Shown here one piece after another: positions 55,292 to 64,000 of a stretch of DNA of 64,000 nucleotides. Both the position numbers and the translations under genes were made by a program. The DNA is taken from contig OX044352.1 of assembly GCA_943846655.1 (NCBI GenBank), positions 399,216 to 463,215 of the forward strand. Reading direction: 5' to 3'. Each line of letters begins with the position of its first letter. Within the stretch, counting starts at the first letter, position 1. This DNA comes from an uncultured Porticoccus sp. (GTDB lineage Bacteria > Pseudomonadota > Gammaproteobacteria > Pseudomonadales > Porticoccaceae). Under the pieces are notes generated by a model. The model was not told the origin of the DNA, searched no databases, and saw nothing but the letters and a program-made list of their open reading frames with translations.

Positions 55292-55378
55292 TTGTACTCA
55301 AAATTCCCTATTTACTAGAAAAATGACCGTCACATGAAAAATTTACACTTAATTTGATAATAATACATCAAAGATATC

Positions 55379-55407
55379 TTGAATCTGTTGTTCGTACTCC
55401 CTATAAT
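55379..55407 (+). promoter_or_regulatory. Sigma70 promoter of the atp operon
   Basis: TTGAAT (55379-55384), 17 nt, TATAAT (55402-55407), 50 nt upstream of atpI. Confidence 0.7.
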
Positions 55408-55457
55408 TGCGGGCGCTTTAAAAAGTAAAGTACCGACAAAGATAATACTGGTAATGC

Positions 55458-55841
55458 ATGAAGACTACGATTAAAGCACCACCAGTTAGGCAAATAGCAA
55501 AAACTCAAACATTGATTTTGCTTATTGCAGTTGTAATATTAGCGCCATTAGATATAACAGTTTCTTTTTCAGTATTGATTGGCGGGATAATACAAATAGT
55601 GCCACAAGCCTATTTTTCTTTATTAGCTTTTCGATACACAGGGGCACAACAAGCACCAAAAATAGTGCGAGCTATACAAAAAGGAGCATCTGGAAAATTA
55701 TTAATAACCGCGGTTTTGTTTGGGTTATCTTTTTACTTTCTTGATGCGCTAGATGTGCGAGTCTTGTTTCTCGCATATTGCTTTATGATAATTGTTCAAT
55801 GGTTTTGTGCTGCTAAGGCAGTAAATGAACATATAAATTAA
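55458..55841 (+). CDS. atpI: ATP synthase protein I
   Basis: 127-aa hydrophobic ORF (GGIIQIVPQAYF, AFRYTGA) first in the atp operon. Confidence 0.88.
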   Translation: MKTTIKAPPVRQIAKTQTLILLIAVVILAPLDITVSFSVLIGGIIQIVPQAYFSLLAFRYTGAQQAPKIVRAIQKGASGKLLITAVLFGLSFYFLDALDVRVLFLAYCFMIIVQWFCAAKAVNEHIN

Positions 55842-55846
55842 TTTAG

Positions 55847-56728
<882 letters not shown>

Positions 56729-56754
56729 TTATTTCAATTAACTTTAGTTATTAG

Positions 56755-57003
<249 letters not shown>

Positions 57004-57052
57004 TTTTGACATATATTTCTTTTACAGATCACAAAAAAAACGAGGTGTTGGT

Positions 57053-57522
57053 GTGAATATAAACCTAACCCTAATCGGACAGTCGATTTCTTTTCTTTTT
57101 TTCATCTGGTTTTGCAAGAAGTTTGTATGGACGGCTTTAATTAGCTCAATGGAAGAAAGACAGAAAAAAATAGCAGATGGCTTAGATGCGGCAGATAAGG
57201 CATCCAGGGATCTAGAGGCTGCTAAAGAGAAAGTATCAGAAAAACTTAAAGATGCTAAAAAAGAAGCCTCAGCAATTATAGAGCAAGCCAATAAGCGAGC
57301 TAGTCAAATCGTTGATGAGGCGAAAGATCAAGCTAAAACCGAAGCTGAAAGAGTTAAGGCTGGGCAAAAGCGGAAATCGATATGGAAGTAAATAGGGCCA
57401 AAGAAGAGTTGCGCAGTAAGGTCGCAATTTTAGCTTTAGCGGGCGCAGAAAAAATACTGCAAGCCAATATTGACGAGAAAACAAATGCAGCTTTAGTCAA
57501 TGACTTGGCATCACAACTTTAA
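57053..57522 (+). CDS. atpF: F0 subunit b, interrupted by an apparent 1-nt deletion near 57361-57369
   Basis: Frame 1 ends at TAA 57391 after ERVKAG; the shifted frame continues [30 protein letters not shown]...LASQL* to 57522. Adding one base gives 156 aa, the usual length. Confidence 0.92.
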
Positions 57523-57534
57523 TAAGGATCTGAC

Positions 57535-58072
57535 ATGGCAGAATTGAGCACTTTAGCTCGGCCTTATGCAAAAGCAGCTTTTGAATATGCTGTTGCAGGT
57601 AAAAATCTTAAGGGCTGGTCAAATAGCTTGAAGATTTTAGTTGCTGTTTGTCAGAGTGAAAGAGTGTTAAGTTTGCTTAGTTCGCCCAGCTCTACTTCGG
57701 CACAGCAAGCAAAGTTAATGACCGAAATATGTGATGATGAAATAAACGAAAAAACAAAAGGATTTGTATCAGTCCTGGCGGAGAACAAAAGACTTAAGTT
57801 ATTACCACAAATTTCAAAGCAGTTTGAGGCGCTAAAAGATAATAGAGAGAAAACCATAGATGTAGATGTGGTTTCCGCTATTAAACTTAGCGATAAACAA
57901 AAAAATACGCTGGCAAGTGCACTTAGCGCAAAGCTCGAAAGAGAAGTCAATATGCAAGTATCTGTCGATACGAAACCTTATTGGTGGAGCAGTTATTCGA
58001 GCAGGAGACACTGTTATAGATGGCTCTATTTGCGGTAGATTGACAACACTTGCTCAAGTATTACATTCCTAG
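57535..58072 (+). CDS. atpH: F1 subunit delta, interrupted by an apparent 1-nt insertion near 57972-57975
   Basis: ARPYAKAAF start; after VDT the conserved tail [20 protein letters not shown] is in another frame ending TAG 58072. Removing one A gives 178 aa. Confidence 0.92.
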
Positions 58073-58090
58073 GATCGAGGAACTGAAAAA

Positions 58091-59635
58091 ATGCAGCAAT
58101 TGAATCCATCTGAAATAAGCGAAATAATCAAGCAACGTATAGATAGTCTTGAAGTTTCACCTGAAGCACGCAATGAAGGCACAATCGTCTCTGTATCAGA
58201 CGGCATCATTCGTATACACGGTTTAGCAGACGTAATGTATGGTGAGATGATCGAATTTGATGGCGGTATATACGGTATGGCCCTTAACTTAGAGCGCGAC
58301 TCTGTGGGTGCGATCATTCTTGGTGACTACCAGTCTCTGGCAGAAGGCCAAAAAGCTAGATGCACAGGCCGAATTCTCGAGGTGCCAGTAGGACCAGAGT
58401 TAGAGGGGCGAGTAGTTGACGCTTTAGGTAACCCTATCGACGGAAAAGGACCAATAAAAGCTAAGCTTACAGATGCACTCGAAAAGGTCGCTCCCGGGGT
58501 TATTGCCCGACAGTCTGTTGATCAGCCGGTTCAAATTGGCCTAAAGGCGATTGATGCAATGGTTCCCATTGGTCGCGGCCAGCGAGAACTAATCATTGGT
58601 GATAGGCAGATTGGCAAAACTGCAATAGCAGTTGATGCGATCATCAACCAAAAAAATTCTGGTATTAAATGTATTTATGTAGCTATTGGTCAAAAGGCCT
58701 CTTCAATTGCAGCTGTTGTGAGAAAACTAGAAGAACATGGCGCAATGGATCATACAATTGTGGTTGCAGCCACAGCGTCTGATCCAGCAGCAATGCAATA
58801 TTTGGCTCCATTTGGTGGTTGTACAATGGGTGAGTATTATCGTGATAGAGGCGAAGATGCCTTAATTATTTACGATGACCTGACAAAACAAGCAATTGCA
58901 TATAGACAAATATCACTTTTGCTGAGGCGACCCCCAGGGAGAGAAGCATATCCCGGTGATGTATTTTATCTTCACTCTCGTTTGCTTGAGCGAGCTGCTC
59001 GTGTAAATGCAGAATATGTTGAAAAGTTTACTAAAGGAAAAGTCAAAGGTAAAACCGGCTCTTTAACCGCCTTGCCAGTTATTGAAACACAAGCTGGAGA
59101 TGTTTCTGCTTTTGTACCCACTAACGTTATTTCTATTACTGACGGTCAAATATTCCTTGAAGCAGCAATGTTTAATGCCGGCGTGAGGCCAGCGATGAAT
59201 GCCGGTGTTTCTGTTTCTAGAGTAGGTGGAGCCGCTCAAACAAAAATCGTGAAAAAACTATCAGGCGGTATTCGTACAGCTTTGGCTCAATATAGAGAGC
59301 TAGCAGCATTCTCACAATTTGCGTCTGACCTTGATGACGCTACTAAAGCGCAACTTGATCATGGTGAGCGCGTCACTGAGCTCATGAAACAAAAACAGTA
59401 TGCCCCACTAGGTGTTGCTGAAATGGGTTTAATGATTTATGCAGCTGATAATGATTATCTTAACGAGATACCTGTAAACAAAATTGGAGATTTTGAAGCG
59501 GCGCTTCTATCTTACTTCAAGGCCGAGCATGGCGATCTTCTCGATCAGATTAATAAATCGGGTGACTGGAACGATGACATTCAGGCAAGCTTTGAAGCGG
59601 CACTTAAGAAATTTTCTAGTACGCAAACTTGGTAA
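58091..59635 (+). CDS. atpA: F1 subunit alpha
   Basis: [23 protein letters not shown]. Confidence 0.98.
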   Translation: MQQLNPSEISEIIKQRIDSLEVSPEARNEGTIVSVSDGIIRIHGLADVMYGEMIEFDGGIYGMALNLERDSVGAIILGDYQSLAEGQKARCTGRILEVPVGPELEGRVVDALGNPIDGKGPIKAKLTDALEKVAPGVIARQSVDQPVQIGLKAIDAMVPIGRGQRELIIGDRQIGKTAIAVDAIINQKNSGIKCIYVAIGQKASSIAAVVRKLEEHGAMDHTIVVAATASDPAAMQYLAPFGGCTMGEYYRDRGEDALIIYDDLTKQAIAYRQISLLLRRPPGREAYPGDVFYLHSRLLERAARVNAEYVEKFTKGKVKGKTGSLTALPVIETQAGDVSAFVPTNVISITDGQIFLEAAMFNAGVRPAMNAGVSVSRVGGAAQTKIVKKLSGGIRTALAQYRELAAFSQFASDLDDATKAQLDHGERVTELMKQKQYAPLGVAEMGLMIYAADNDYLNEIPVNKIGDFEAALLSYFKAEHGDLLDQINKSGDWNDDIQASFEAALKKFSSTQTW

Positions 59636-59681
59636 TTCTGGATTAAGATAAAATAAAACTGTTTTAGATTAAGGCACAAAA

Positions 59682-61981
<2,300 letters not shown>

Positions 61982-61986
61982 GAGAG

Positions 61987-62424
61987 TTGAATATGTCGTC
62001 GACAGTCCAATGTGACATTGTAAGTGCCGAACAATCCTTGTTTTCTGGGCTGGTGGAACTTGTAGTTGCAACTGGCTCTCAAGGTGAGCTAGGCGTTGCA
62101 CATGGACATGCTCCTCTCTTAACTAATTTAAAACCTGGCCCTGTAAGAATAATCAAGAAAGGCGGAGAAGAAGAAGTTTTTTATCTTTCTGGTGGATTTT
62201 TAGAAATTCAACCTAATGTCATTTCAATTTTAGCTGATACGGCACTTCGTGGAGACGATCTTGATGAGGCAGCAGCGATGTCAGCAAAAATTAAAGCTGA
62301 AGAAGCAATAACAAATCAAAGTGGCGATTTTGATTACTCTAAAGCAGCATCGCAATTAGCAGTTGCAGCAGCACAGCTCAAAACTATTGATCAGATACGA
62401 AAAAAATTGGGAAGTAAAAAATAA
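61987..62424 (+). CDS. atpC: F1 subunit epsilon
   Basis: [31 protein letters not shown]; start at TTG 61987 or ATG 61993. Confidence 0.96.
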   Translation: MNMSSTVQCDIVSAEQSLFSGLVELVVATGSQGELGVAHGHAPLLTNLKPGPVRIIKKGGEEEVFYLSGGFLEIQPNVISILADTALRGDDLDEAAAMSAKIKAEEAITNQSGDFDYSKAASQLAVAAAQLKTIDQIRKKLGSKK

Positions 62425-62442
62425 ATACAAATAAAAATATTG

Positions 62443-62468
62443 GGGTGGCAATAGCCACCCTTTTTTTT
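62443..62468 (+). terminator. Rho-independent terminator of the atp operon
   Basis: GGGTGGC-AATA-GCCACCC followed by T8. Confidence 0.92.
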
Positions 62469-62568
62469 GGACTTCTATTTATCTTGAATATACGATGATA
62501 GTGTTAGTTTGTAGCAATCTTGTAAAGTTCCTGATTAAATAAAGAAAATTTACTGAATATAGAATTTT

Positions 62569-63933
62569 ATGACCATTGATATAGTAATTCTTGCCGCCGG
62601 ACAGGGCACTAGAATGAAGTCTCTCCTTCCCAAGGTGTTACACCCCTTGGCCGGGAAACCGCTACTTCAGCATGTAATCAATATGGCTGAAACTATACCT
62701 GATTCTAACATAACTGTTGTAACTGGTTATGCATCTGAACAAATACAGAATTCAATAGCTGGGAAAGATTTAAAATATGTGTATCAAGCAGAACAACTTG
62801 GTACAGCTAATGCAGTACAGACAGCTGCCCCTAATTTAGATTCTAATGGGATTACTTTAGTTTTATATGGTGATGTGCCACTTATTTCTACCAAAACTGT
62901 CTTATCGACACTCAAAGTCGTTAATAACAATACAATGGGCCTGTTAACTGTAGTACTTGAAAAACCTGAGGGTTACGGAAGAATAGTGCGTGATAGAAAA
63001 GGCGACATCTGTGGGATTATTGAGCAAAAAGACGCGATGCCTCAAGAGCTAGAAATCCAAGAGGTGAATACAGGTGTCATGGCAATTAGCACAAATCTTT
63101 TGCAAAAATGGTTACCTCAGATTGGAAATGATAACGCACAAAATGAATATTATTTGACAGACCTCATTTCAATTGCTAATAAAGCGGGAATTAAAATTGA
63201 AGCTGTAAACCCTGGCACCCCTGAAGAGGTAAAAGGCGTGAACACACGGAAGCAGTTAAGCAAGCTAGAGCGCTTTTATCAGCAGAAGCAAGCAGATAGA
63301 TTAATGGTGAATGGTGCTACATTAGCCGACCCCTCAAGAGTGGATATACGAGGGACCATATTTTGTGATGTAGATACTTTTATTGATGTTAATACTGTTT
63401 TCGAAGGTGAGGTGAAGTTAGGAAAGAATGTGTCCGTTGGCCCCAACTGTCTCATTACAGAAAGCTCTATAGGAGACAATGTAAAAATTAAGGCTAATAC
63501 GATTATCGAAAATAGCACAATATGTAATGATGTAGAAGTTGGACCATTCGCTAGAGTGAGACCAGGAACACTTCTTGGTGATAATTCTAAAATAGGAAAT
63601 TTTGTAGAAGTAAAAAATACAGAAGTTGGTAAAGGCAGTAAAATTAGTCATTTAAGCTACATTGGGGATTCCCAACTAGGTAAAGATGTAAATGTTGGAG
63701 CAGGTACCATTACATGTAATTATGATGGTGCTAATAAAAATAAAACAATTATAGGCGATGATAGTTTTATCGGTTCAAACGCTTCGTTGGTCGCACCTGT
63801 AACTATTGGTAAAAATGCTACAATTGGCGCTGGTTCGACTATAACAAAAGATATACCAGACAATGAATTGTCTGTATCCAGAAGCCCACAACTAAATAAG
63901 TCTGGATGGGAGCGTCCAAAAAAGAAAAAGTAA
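62569..63933 (+). CDS. glmU: Bifunctional UDP-GlcNAc pyrophosphorylase / GlcN-1-P acetyltransferase
   Basis: ILAAGQGTRMKS, LYGDVPL, EYYLTD, hexapeptide repeats, NYDG. Confidence 0.97.
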   Translation: MTIDIVILAAGQGTRMKSLLPKVLHPLAGKPLLQHVINMAETIPDSNITVVTGYASEQIQNSIAGKDLKYVYQAEQLGTANAVQTAAPNLDSNGITLVLYGDVPLISTKTVLSTLKVVNNNTMGLLTVVLEKPEGYGRIVRDRKGDICGIIEQKDAMPQELEIQEVNTGVMAISTNLLQKWLPQIGNDNAQNEYYLTDLISIANKAGIKIEAVNPGTPEEVKGVNTRKQLSKLERFYQQKQADRLMVNGATLADPSRVDIRGTIFCDVDTFIDVNTVFEGEVKLGKNVSVGPNCLITESSIGDNVKIKANTIIENSTICNDVEVGPFARVRPGTLLGDNSKIGNFVEVKNTEVGKGSKISHLSYIGDSQLGKDVNVGAGTITCNYDGANKNKTIIGDDSFIGSNASLVAPVTIGKNATIGAGSTITKDIPDNELSVSRSPQLNKSGWERPKKKK

Positions 63934-63989
63934 TATTGGGAGAATTAAACAAAAGTCTAAGCTCGTTTAATTAATTACTGGAAAACTAT

Positions 63990-64000
63990 ATGTGTGGAAT
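63990..64000 (+). CDS. glmS: Glutamine--fructose-6-phosphate aminotransferase, first codons only
   Basis: ATG TGT GGA AT = MCG(I), the diagnostic GlmS N-terminus, directly after glmU. Confidence 0.75.

Noticed and set aside
57389-57537. Possible b-delta fusion or recoded single polypeptide
   Set aside because: The shifted atpF frame ends in TAA TAA (57520-57525) before a separate atpH ATG, so no fusion is possible.

Overview
AT-rich (roughly mid/high-30s % GC by eye) gammaproteobacterial chromosome segment made almost entirely of core genes around the replication origin. Gene content and order are Pseudomonas/Cellvibrionales-like but compacted; a streamlined marine lineage such as SAR92/Porticoccaceae is my inference, not a verified assignment. 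Left to right: trpD(partial)-trpG-trpE-rpe, ubiD, fabY plus a divergent GlxA-type AraC regulator, a lone PilJ-like chemoreceptor, gshB-yqgF-yggS-proC-yggT, rph, gmk-rpoZ-spoT-ridA, recG-ubiC-ubiA-phoB-phoR-GNAT, yaaA/can, phoU-pstBACS with a clear Pho box, a TRAP dctQM pair, glyQS-gmhB-plsC, gyrB-recF-dnaN-dnaA, mnmE-yidC-yidD-rnpA-rpmH (rpmH was missed by the ORF track), mnmG-rsmG-parA-parB, the atp operon, glmU and the start of glmS. No tRNA, rRNA, IS element, prophage or CRISPR array was seen. I found no clearly new multi-gene system. Best leads: (1) two different origin-like DnaA-box clusters flanking an rpmH-mnmE block that is inverted relative to Pseudomonas/Vibrio, one with E. coli oriC spacing but no GATC cluster, the other a tandem-box plus DnaA-trio-like element; (2) a sensor-less PilJ left behind where the neighbouring Pil-Chp and pilT/U genes are missing; (3) paired single-base frameshifts in atpF and atpH, probably sequencing errors; (4) a Pho-regulated, apparently mosaic phosphate locus with a divergent TRAP pair lacking a binding protein. 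Novelty cannot be verified without database searches.
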